In this document: positions 9,910 to 17,549 of the stretch, piece by piece
How positions within the stretch are numbered: the first letter of the stretch is position 1
Layout of the letters: each line of letters starts with the position of its first letter
From: an uncultured Actinomycetota bacterium
GTDB lineage: Bacteria > Actinomycetota > Actinomycetes > Mycobacteriales > Mycobacteriaceae
Length of the DNA: 32,000 nt
Reading direction: 5' to 3'
Assembly: GCA_963735655.1 (NCBI GenBank)
Contig: CAVTLW010000026.1
Span: 130,871 to 162,870, forward strand
Position numbers and translations under genes: made by a program
The notes under the pieces: model-generated
Told to the model about the DNA's origin: nothing
The model's input: only the letters and a program-made list of their open reading frames with translations
Databases searched by the model: none

Positions 9910-11615
9910 GACGGGTCACCCACTAAGAGGTCGACACCTTCCCTGGTTCGGACATAGCTGCGTCTCGCCTCGGCGAGCGCGTTGCCGAGAGCGTCGAGCC
10001 GTCGCTCGAACTCGTCGTCGTCGACGGCATCGACGAACGCATCGAAAACCTCGTTCTCGAAATCGAAGTCGTCGTCGACCCGGCCGAGGATCATGTCAAG
10101 TTCACCGACGACGAGCTCGAACAGGTTGATCTTTGCGTCGAGCACGTGCATGACCTGTTGTTCGATGCTGCCCCGGCAGACCAGGTTGGTCAGCGTCACG
10201 TCGTGTTCCTGCCCAATCCGGTGCAGCCGGCCGAGCCGCTGCTCGATTTGCATCGGGTTCCACGGCAGATCGAAGTTCACCATCACATGGCAGAACTGGA
10301 GGTTGCGACCCTCACCCGCTGACTCGGTCGACAGCAGGATGGGCGTTTCGGCGCCGAACTCCGCGATCGCCGACTCCTTCTCCGCCCGCGTGAGGCTGCC
10401 GTGATACAACGCCGACGACAGCCCGGCACGCTCGACCGCAGCGACGAGCACATCCAGTGTCTGCCGAAACCCGGTGAACACCAACACCTTCTCGTCCCTG
10501 TTGACGTGGCGTCGAAGGAGTTCGACGAGCACACGCACCTTGTCCGGTTCCCGGATGGCCCGGGCCCGTTCCGCGAGGTCGTTCCAGCCGAGCTTCGCCA
10601 GCGTCGGTCCGGCGGCCGCGGGGCTGGAGCCGGCTAGCCGGGTCAGGCCGCGCAGGGCCAACCGGCTAGGTCCCGACCCGGTTGCCGCTGCCCTGACTCG
10701 CCGGACGATGTCGGCGTACAGGCCGGCCTCGTCGATGCCGGGCGTCACCAAGATCGTCTCGGCGAGGCGCGGCGGCAGCATCACGGCAACCTCGCTGCGG
10801 CGATGTCTGACCATCACCTCTCGGGTGCGTGCGCGCAGCTCCTCGGCGTTGTGCGGCCTCGACTCGACCGACGCCGCGCCATGTGTGGCGCGGAACTGGG
10901 CGGGTGTGCCGAGCAGTCCGGGCGCGACGAGGCTGACCAGCTGGTACAGGTCCGACAGCTTGTTCTCCACCGGCGTTGCGGTCAGCATCAACAGATAACG
11001 GGCGCGGAGCCTGCGCGCGAGCTTGCCTGACGCGCTTCGGGGGTTGCGGAGCCGGTGCGCCTCGTCGAAGATCACCAGGTCCCAGTTGGTGTCGGTCAGC
11101 CTACCCAGCAGCGGATCGCGGCGAGCGGCGGCGAGCGACGCGATAGTGACCGGCCGGTCCATCCCAATCTCGCGGGCAGGTGTCGACCCGGATTGGGCGA
11201 TCGTGGTCGGCAACCCGAACTTCCGCTCGAGTTCGTCGCGCCATTGGTCGACAAGTCCCGCCGGAACGATCACCAGCACTTGGTCGGCGAGCCCGCGCAT
11301 GCGTAGCTCGGACAACACCAACCCGGCCTCGATCGTCTTGCCGAGCCCGACCTCGTCGGCCAGGATGCCCCGGCCGCGCATCCGCTGCAGCACGGTCCGC
11401 GCGGCCCGCAGCTGATAGTCGAACGGCTCGAACCGCAACCGCGGTATCGCAAGGAAGGTGTCGAACCCCGGCCGTGCCCAGACGTGGACGGCGTCATCGA
11501 CGATCGCGGACCAATTCGGCTGCGGCCGTGCGCCATTGCGCAGCCGCGCCAGCAACGGTAGGTAGGCGGACAGGTCTGCTGTCGACGTCTCGCCGGCGGC
11601 GATCGTCACGGTCAT
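9906..11615 (-). CDS. compact SNF2/Rad54-family ATPase
   Basis: Motif I is DEVGLGKT, II is FDEAHRLRN (DEAH), III is LTATPVENKLSDLYQL and VI is QIEQRLGRLHRIGQ. The track ORF starts at 11678. I prefer ATG 11615 (MTVTIAAGE) because GGGAGG lies 5 nt upstream. Confidence 0.9.
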   Translation of the reverse strand: MTVTIAAGETSTADLSAYLPLLARLRNGARPQPNWSAIVDDAVHVWARPGFDTFLAIPRLRFEPFDYQLRAARTVLQRMRGRGILADEVGLGKTIEAGLVLSELRMRGLADQVLVIVPAGLVDQWRDELERKFGLPTTIAQSGSTPAREIGMDRPVTIASLAAARRDPLLGRLTDTNWDLVIFDEAHRLRNPRSASGKLARRLRARYLLMLTATPVENKLSDLYQLVSLVAPGLLGTPAQFRATHGAASVESRPHNAEELRARTREVMVRHRRSEVAVMLPPRLAETILVTPGIDEAGLYADIVRRVRAAATGSGPSRLALRGLTRLAGSSPAAAGPTLAKLGWNDLAERARAIREPDKVRVLVELLRRHVNRDEKVLVFTGFRQTLDVLVAAVERAGLSSALYHGSLTRAEKESAIAEFGAETPILLSTESAGEGRNLQFCHVMVNFDLPWNPMQIEQRLGRLHRIGQEHDVTLTNLVCRGSIEQQVMHVLDAKINLFELVVGELDMILGRVDDDFDFENEVFDAFVDAVDDDEFERRLDALGNALAEARRSYVRTREGVDLLVGDPS

Positions 11616-11811
11616 GCGGCCTCCCCACGAGCTTGTGCATGCTTGCTTGCGCCGGACGGTACCGGCGACCACCGACACGACCGACGACCCACGCCGACAT
11701 GTGACTAATGAGGCGGATGTGATTCTCTCCGATGCCCCGCCTGACGAAATCAGATCACCGTCAGGTTATGCGCGCCGGCGTGGCGGACAGCGTCGATGGG
11801 AATCGACTGAT

Positions 11812-12259
11812 CCAGAGTCGCGATGCGATGCCGTCGATCCACGCGCGGTAGTCGTCGGCCGTCGCCAAGCCACCCGCAGCGAAGCTGCCACAGTCGCGGT
11901 GGGGGATTCCATAAAGCGTCAGAACCGGGATGGCGCCGGCAGCTGCGCGTCGCCGGTGTACTTCGCGACCGTAGCTGCTGAAGAGCCCGGGACGATCCAG
12001 TACGCCTGCGGCGTGTTGGCGATGGCGGTCAACTCGGAACTCGGCGGATCGGCATGCTGCGCGGCGCGCATAGCCGCCGAGGTGGGATTGACGTAGAAAG
12101 GCATGCCGGCCAACGGGTTGACCTCACCGGCCAAGCGCACCGCCGGGGCGGACCGACCCGCACCGGGTCGGCAAGAAAACCCATGCCGGCAACGGCCGCA
12201 ACCGTTAGGAAGGGGGCGATCCACTGCGCGACTACACCAGCAGCTGAGAACATCACCAC
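11812..12259 (-). pseudogene. GH6 cellulase (CelA1-like) remnant, frameshifted and truncated at its 3' end
   Basis: Three minus-strand frames read in succession give MFSAAGVVAQWIAPFLTVAAVAGMGFLADPVRVG, then SAPAVRLAGEVNPLAGMPFYVNPTSAA...TPQAYW...AKYTGDAQLPA, then GAIPVLTLYGIPHRDCGSFAAGGLATADDYRAWIDGIASRL. GH6 similarity stops near 11812, leaving about 170 of an expected ~380 aa. Confidence 0.6.
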
Positions 12260-12482
12260 AGGAAAATTAGTATTCCAGAAACATTGAGCGCCAATCGCCG
12301 ACGGCCGAGCGCCGATCGCGCCATCAGCTCGGATGCCGCCACCTCACCCACTACCGAATCGCTGACTGCTCCACCGCGGCGCACTCCACACCATGGTCAA
12401 TGCACTCTGAATTACGAAGAGCCGCCATACCCCGCGGTACGCGATTCCGGGCGGCCCTAAACGTCGTGGCGAAATCCAATGT

Positions 12483-12875
12483 CTAAGCGGCGACGACCGC
12501 GACATCATAGGCAGAAAACTGGTCATCCGCGGTGATGATTGTCAGGTCGAGCAGCTGCGCCTGAGCGACGAGGATACGGTCGAACGGATCCCGATGGTGA
12601 TCAGGAAGATCAGCGGTCCTCAGCGTGTGCGGATGGTCGACCGGCAGCGGAGAGGTGCCGGAGCGGCGCATGCGATCAGGGACATATGAGGCCGGCGGTT
12701 CGGGTAACGGGAGTTTGCCCAGCCGATACTTGATCGCGATTTCCCAGGCACTGGCGGCCGAGAAGAGAATGCCGGTGCGGACGTCCTGAACGATTGCACG
12801 GGTTTCGTCACATAACCGGTCAGGGTCGGACTGCATCCATAGCCAAACATGGGTGTCGATGAGGTAACGCTTCAC
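12483..12875 (-). CDS. vapC: PIN-domain toxin (VapC family)
   Basis: 130 aa. YLIDTHVWLW, SAASAWEIAIK and HRDPFDRILVAQA are typical PIN acidic-residue motifs. The start overlaps the upstream antitoxin stop by 4 nt. Confidence 0.9.
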   Translation of the reverse strand: MKRYLIDTHVWLWMQSDPDRLCDETRAIVQDVRTGILFSAASAWEIAIKYRLGKLPLPEPPASYVPDRMRRSGTSPLPVDHPHTLRTADLPDHHRDPFDRILVAQAQLLDLTIITADDQFSAYDVAVVAA

Positions 12876-13117
12876 CGATGGAAGCTTTCGAGAACATCGT
12901 CCGGCAACGGAGCGTCGAAATCGTCGGGCACGGTATACACCCCGTGGTCTGTGCCTAAGCGGCGGGTGTTCTGGGGGTGGAACGGCACAAGCTTCGCAAC
13001 GGGTTCACCCCCGCGGGCAATTTCGACCTCCTGCCCACCGTCGACGAGCCGCAGCAGCTCCGACAGGCGGGTCTTCGCCTCGTGGACACCGACCCTGATC
13101 GCGGTGGACTTAGTCAT
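12872..13117 (-). CDS. Phd/YefM-type antitoxin
   Basis: 81 aa. VGVHEAKTRLSELLRLVDGGQEVEIARGGEPVAKLVP is a Phd/YefM-like fold signature. The stop overlaps the start of the PIN toxin by 4 nt. Confidence 0.85.
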   Translation of the reverse strand: MTKSTAIRVGVHEAKTRLSELLRLVDGGQEVEIARGGEPVAKLVPFHPQNTRRLGTDHGVYTVPDDFDAPLPDDVLESFHR

Positions 13118-13332
13118 GAACTTAGTTTATCCCAGCCTTCGGTGGGAGGCCCCCGCCCACAACTCTCCTTGTATGACCTCGGCTGATCCCCCAGAGCAGC
13201 ACGACCACCTTCTCCACGCCCCGAAACGACGTGGCGACTCAGCTGCGGATGTCCAAAAACGTTACTGCGATCACAATATGGTGGGTATTTCAAAGCCCCC
13301 AATGTGTTTGGCAGCCGGTGGAGGTAGGGAAC

Positions 13333-14727
13333 ATGACCAACGAACAAGACCGGTCCACCGTCGAAGGGCCGCCCAAGCAGCAACCACGCCGCGACCGCAC
13401 GCATTGGCTCTACGTCTCCGTGCTCGTCGCCGTGGTCGCCGGCGTGGTGCTCGGGCTGCTGGACCCGTCGGTCGGCAGGAAACTCGGTGTGCTCGGCAGC
13501 ATGTTCGTCGACCTGATCAAGATGATGATCACCCCGGTGATCTTCTGCACGATCGTGCTGGGAATCGGGTCGCTGCGGAAGGCTGCGACCGTCGGCAAGG
13601 TCGGTGGCCTGGCCCTTGCCTACTTCCTGACGATGTCGACGTTCGCTCTCGCGATCGGCCTCGTGGTGGGCAACCTGCTCAGCCCCGGCACCGGCCTGAA
13701 CGTGTCCAACGATACGTCCGGTAGGGCCCGCGAGCTGGCGGAACAGGCCCACTCAGCAGGCGGACTCGCGGATTTCATCCGGTCGATAATTCCGCACACC
13801 CTGTTCTCGGCGCTGACCGCCGGCAACGTGCTGCAGGCGCTGTTCGTTGCGCTGCTCACCGGGTTCGCTATCCAAGCGCTGCCGCGCAACGCCGCCGAAC
13901 CTGCCCTGCGTGCCGTCGACATCCTGCAGAAAGTGGTGTTCAAGGTGCTGAGCATGATCCTGTGGCTGGCGCCGATAGGAGCGTTCGGTGCGATCGCCAA
14001 CGTCGTCGGACAGACCGGCTGGGCCGGGGTGACCCAGCTGCTGACCCTGATGGTGGGCTTCTACATCACCTGCATCATCTTCGTGTTCGGCGTGCTCGGC
14101 ATTGTGCTGCGGATGGTATCCGGGGTCTCGATCTTCAAACTGGTGCGCTACCTGGCGCGCGAATACTTGCTGATTGTCGCGACCGCGTCGTCGGAGTCCG
14201 CGTTGCCGCGGCTGATCGCCAAAATGGAACACCTCGGCGTCGACCGCAGCACCGTAGGCGTCGTCGTCCCGACCGGGTATTCATTCAACCTCGACGGCAC
14301 CGCGATCTACCTGACGATGGCGTCGCTGTTCATCGCCGATGCGATGGGCAAACCGTTGTCCATCGGCTCGCAGATCGGCCTGCTGGTGTTCATGATCGTC
14401 GCGTCCAAGGGCGCTGCCGGTGTCACTGGCGCCGGGCTGGCGACGCTGGCCGGGGGGCTGCAGGCGCACCGGCCCGAGCTGCTCGACGGTGTCGGCCTGA
14501 TCGTCGGCATCGACCGGTTCATGTCTGAGGCGCGCTCGCTGACGAACTTCTCGGGCAACGCGGTCGCCACCATGGTGGTCGGTTCGTGGACGAAGACCGT
14601 CGACAAGGCACAGGTGGAAGCGGTGCTGCGCGGTAAGGATCCGTTCGACGAGATGTACATGCTCGATGAGGACGACGAACGCCGCCTGGAAGCGCGAGAG
14701 CGCGGGGAGAAGCTGGCGCACGCCTGA
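13333..14727 (+). CDS. dctA: dicarboxylate/amino acid:cation symporter (C4-dicarboxylate transporter DctA-like)
   Basis: A polytopic protein carrying the DAACS signatures ASSESALP, GYSFNLDGT and DRFMSEARSLTNFSGNAV. I prefer ATG 13333 because GGAGG lies upstream; the track ORF starts at 13231. Confidence 0.85.
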   Translation: MTNEQDRSTVEGPPKQQPRRDRTHWLYVSVLVAVVAGVVLGLLDPSVGRKLGVLGSMFVDLIKMMITPVIFCTIVLGIGSLRKAATVGKVGGLALAYFLTMSTFALAIGLVVGNLLSPGTGLNVSNDTSGRARELAEQAHSAGGLADFIRSIIPHTLFSALTAGNVLQALFVALLTGFAIQALPRNAAEPALRAVDILQKVVFKVLSMILWLAPIGAFGAIANVVGQTGWAGVTQLLTLMVGFYITCIIFVFGVLGIVLRMVSGVSIFKLVRYLAREYLLIVATASSESALPRLIAKMEHLGVDRSTVGVVVPTGYSFNLDGTAIYLTMASLFIADAMGKPLSIGSQIGLLVFMIVASKGAAGVTGAGLATLAGGLQAHRPELLDGVGLIVGIDRFMSEARSLTNFSGNAVATMVVGSWTKTVDKAQVEAVLRGKDPFDEMYMLDEDDERRLEARERGEKLAHA

Positions 14728-14860
14728 CGCCCGGTAAACGTTCGAGCGTCCCGCGCAAGGTGTTCCCGCCGACTCAGAGACCGGCAAGCGTCGCCGCGAC
14801 GTCCTTGGTCCCATATGGCACGTATTCAGCTGGCAGCCGCGCTGGTGTAACGGTCGGCCG

Positions 14861-16012
14861 TCAGCCGGACAGCCGCACCGGCAACGCCTTGGGTCCACGA
14901 ATCGACGGGGTGTTGAAGTACGACAAGGTGTCGGCCATAACCCTGTATTCCGGAAAACGGCGGAGCAGTTCTTCGAATGCAACCCTGGCTTCGAGGCGCG
15001 CGAGGTTGGCGCCCATGCAGAAGTGGATACCGCTGCCGAAAGCAATATGTTTTCGGCCCACGCGATGGATGTCGAAACGGTCGGCGTCGTCGAAGATCCG
15101 GGGGTCGCGGTTGGCCGCGGCCAACAGGAGCATCACCTTCTCGCCGGCGCTAATGGTGTGTCCCCGTAGTTCGACATCGGTCGTCGTGGTCCGCGTCAGT
15201 GTCGGGACGGGCCCCTCGAATCTCAGCACCTCTTCGATCGCGTTGGGCAGCAACGAGATGTCTGCGACGATCTCCGCGCGGGCGTCGGGGTGAGCGGCCA
15301 GCACGGTGGCAGCGTTGCCGATCAGATTGGTCGTGGTCTCGTTGCCGGCGATCAGCAGAAGAGCACAGAAACCGAGGATGTCGTCGTCGGTGAGTTTGTG
15401 CTCGTCGATCTCGGCCTGCACAAGGGCGGTGACCAGGTCGTCGCGCGGGCTGGTGCGGCGAGCGGCGATGACACCGCGGAAATAGTCGAAGATGTGGTCG
15501 TAGTTGCGAACCAGCGATTCGTAGTCGCCAGCCGTGGTTGCCATGATCCCGTTGGACCATTCTTTGAACAGGTCTCGATCGTACGGATCGACGCCCAGCA
15601 TTTCGGCGATCACCATGATCGGGAATGGTCCTGTGAACGTCGACACCAGGTCGACTTCGTCTTCGCTGGCTATCGCGTCGAGCAGGGCTCGGGCGGTATG
15701 CCGGATCAGGCTTTCCTGCGCACCTATTCGCTTGGCCGTAAACGCCTTCTGCAGCACTCTCCGCAACTCGGCCTGTCGGGGCGGATCCATCAGGATGATC
15801 ATCGGCTTAATCCCGGAGAATCCATCTAAGGTGATGCCGCTCGCAGAAGAAAAGACCGGCCATTGGCGCAATGCAGCCTCGACATCCTCGAAACGGCTGA
15901 TCGCCCAGAATCGCGGCCGGTCGTTGAGGTGAACCGGACGCTCCTCGCGCAGCGCGGCGTAGACCGGGTGGGGATTTCCAAGGTGCGAACGAGAATAGGG
16001 ATTGAAATTCAT
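14861..16012 (-). CDS. cytochrome P450 monooxygenase
   Basis: 383 aa. The heme loop FGSGIHFCMGANLA, the I-helix AGNETTT and the ExxR motif (EEVLRFE) are all present. Confidence 0.9.
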   Translation of the reverse strand: MNFNPYSRSHLGNPHPVYAALREERPVHLNDRPRFWAISRFEDVEAALRQWPVFSSASGITLDGFSGIKPMIILMDPPRQAELRRVLQKAFTAKRIGAQESLIRHTARALLDAIASEDEVDLVSTFTGPFPIMVIAEMLGVDPYDRDLFKEWSNGIMATTAGDYESLVRNYDHIFDYFRGVIAARRTSPRDDLVTALVQAEIDEHKLTDDDILGFCALLLIAGNETTTNLIGNAATVLAAHPDARAEIVADISLLPNAIEEVLRFEGPVPTLTRTTTTDVELRGHTISAGEKVMLLLAAANRDPRIFDDADRFDIHRVGRKHIAFGSGIHFCMGANLARLEARVAFEELLRRFPEYRVMADTLSYFNTPSIRGPKALPVRLSG

Positions 16013-16089
16013 GATCTCTCAAGGGTTTCGGTTCAGGCTGCATCGCCGGGGCACCCAATAGGCTTGTCTGCGCGCCACCGTCGCGCATG

Positions 16090-16119
16090 CATGCTATCAC
16101 TAGCATGGCCGTGATATCA
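16090..16119. promoter_or_regulatory. palindromes upstream of vapB, a candidate autoregulatory operator
   Basis: CATGCTA-tcac-TAGCATG lies at 16090-16107 and the 8-bp palindrome TGATATCA at 16112-16119. The second ends 7 nt before the vapB ATG at 16127. Confidence 0.3.
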
Positions 16120-16126
16120 TAGCGGC

Positions 16127-16423
16127 ATGAAGCAGCTTCTGCTCCGGGTGCCCGAGGATATTCACCGCCGGTTGGCCGCGCGTGCTGCGCGCGAGGGGCG
16201 CAGCCTGAACGCAGTCGCAACCGAGATCCTCGACGCGGCCGCCGACGCCGACAGTGGTGATCGGCGCGCGCAGCTGCGCGCCGCGGCGGCCGCCGCGGGC
16301 ACGTTACGCCGCGTGAACGCGCGCCCGGTGAGTGCGGACCGACGGCGGCGAATCATCGAGTCGACCCACGGCCTCGGTCCGCAGATCGACCAGTTGCTCG
16401 CACAAGAGCGCGAACGACCGTGA
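16127..16423 (+). CDS. vapB: ribbon-helix-helix antitoxin (VapB-like)
   Basis: 98 aa. The N-terminus MKQLLLRVPEDIHRRLAARAAREGRSLNAVATEIL is a CopG/RHH signature. The stop overlaps the PIN gene start (GTGA). Confidence 0.8.
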   Translation: MKQLLLRVPEDIHRRLAARAAREGRSLNAVATEILDAAADADSGDRRAQLRAAAAAAGTLRRVNARPVSADRRRRIIESTHGLGPQIDQLLAQERERP

Positions 16424-16854
16424 TCGCCTACCTGGACTCCTCGGTTCTGGCCCGTGCGTACCTTGTCGATGAGGACGGGCACCAGGAGGCAAGTGTGCTG
16501 CTTGCTGACCCAGACATTGCAACCGTCACCGGGACGTGGACAAGGATCGAGGTCTCGGGCGCGCTGGTGCGTGCCGCGCGCGCAGGCCGCGCTGATGAGA
16601 AGGGCTTGCTCGCGCTGCTGGACGGCGACCTCGCGGGCCCCGTGATCGTGCTCGGAGCGCCTCAAGACCAGGTTGAGCAGCACGCCCTCCAACTCGTCCG
16701 CCTGCACGCGCTGCGCGCGATGGACGCCTGGCATCTGGCGGTGGCAGCCATCGTCGTTCCGCCGCTGCTGGGGCCCGGCGAACTGAGAGCGTTCGCCTCG
16801 CGCGATGAAGCACAACGCGAGGTCGCAGAAGAGCTTGGGTTCGTTCCGATCTGA
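16420..16854 (+). CDS. vapC: PIN-domain toxin (VapC family)
   Basis: 144 aa. The conserved acidic positions appear in AYLDSSVL, TRIEVSGAL, AMDAWHLAVA and SRDEAQ. The gene is coupled to the upstream RHH gene. Confidence 0.85.
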   Translation: MIAYLDSSVLARAYLVDEDGHQEASVLLADPDIATVTGTWTRIEVSGALVRAARAGRADEKGLLALLDGDLAGPVIVLGAPQDQVEQHALQLVRLHALRAMDAWHLAVAAIVVPPLLGPGELRAFASRDEAQREVAEELGFVPI

Positions 16855-17029
16855 TCGTTCAAATCCAAAGTTGTGAGACCGGCGTGGTGACTACTCAGGC
16901 AGCAGAGGAAAACTCGGTTCGACCCGTCGCAAAAGTTGCCTCGAAACTCTGTGCAGTCGCAATCCCTGCACGCCCCACACGGCCAGCCCCAGCACAACCC
17001 GTCAGAGTCGAACCCGTCGTGGTCGTCAG

Positions 17030-17243
17030 GCGTTGCGCCGACGTCGCTGCTCCAGCACCGTCGGCGACCACGCGCAGCAAGCTACTGATCTCGCATGCGC
17101 TCGACACCGTCGAGGCTGCCGACCTTGCCGCGGTGGCCTGGAACCGCCGACGTGCAGGGCCTAGAATTGGCAACCCTCAACGTGCGGCATTTCCCATGTT
17201 CGAACGTTTGCAACCACCGTTTGCGATCACGGCAAGCCCGTGA
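17030..17243 (+). pseudogene. remnant of a second VapC-type PIN toxin (C-terminal part, frame-switching)
   Basis: The characteristic VapC C-terminus is split across frames. ...TADVQGLELATLNVRHF is in one frame and PMFERLQPPFAITASP* in another (a missing base near 17190). The preceding AADLAAVA is again in the second frame. Confidence 0.45.
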
Positions 17244-17258
17244 AGCTGGGATCGCTGT

Positions 17259-17440
17259 TCATGTTGATCCCGAAGTCGTGGTTTTTGCATTGGACCGCCC
17301 GCCTCGTGGGCCCCACGTCCAGCCCGGCAACTCCTCGAGCCGCATTGAGCGATCGGGGTCGAGAATGCCCCGTGCGAAGCTGCTGCGTTGGTCTATGACC
17401 CATGCGCCGAGCCGGTCTCCGTCGGGGGTGGTGTGAGAGC
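17259..17440 (-). pseudogene. isolated helicase-associated (HA) domain fragment
   Basis: The minus-frame peptide GHPRL...DGDRLGAWVIDQRSSFARGILDPDRSMRLEELPGWTWGP matches the HA-domain pattern (GH.rvP...LG.Wv..QR....G.L...R...Le.lpGw.W). No helicase body is attached. Confidence 0.4.
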
Positions 17441-17549
17441 GGGTCTTCGGCGATGGAGAGTCTGCGCCTGCACGCAGTCGTGGGTGACCAGGCCGTGGGC
17501 TGATTGCCGCTGCGTAGGCATTTAGGGTTAACACCGGCACGATAGGCAC

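Noticed and set aside
8078-9957. Plus-strand ORFs (e.g. 9046..9957 at 303 aa, 8399..8989 at 196 aa) lie opposite the 641-aa gene.
   Set aside because: They are Arg/Pro/Gly-rich with no motifs. The minus-strand frame has the GTGA coupling to SNF2 and a coherent domain layout.
7984-11678. Assigning the SNF2 pair to DISARM, Zorya, BREX or the HelZ/SWIM pair.
   Set aside because: The window has no methyltransferase, DrmA/B/C, ZorA/B or PglZ genes. The partner lacks the SWIM CxCxnCxH motif and has a plain CxxC-x14-CxxC ribbon instead.
13114-14232. Minus-strand ORFs 13114..13752 (212 aa) and 13753..14232 (159 aa) overlap dctA.
   Set aside because: They are His/Arg/Asp-rich and low-complexity. The plus frame encodes an unmistakable DAACS transporter.
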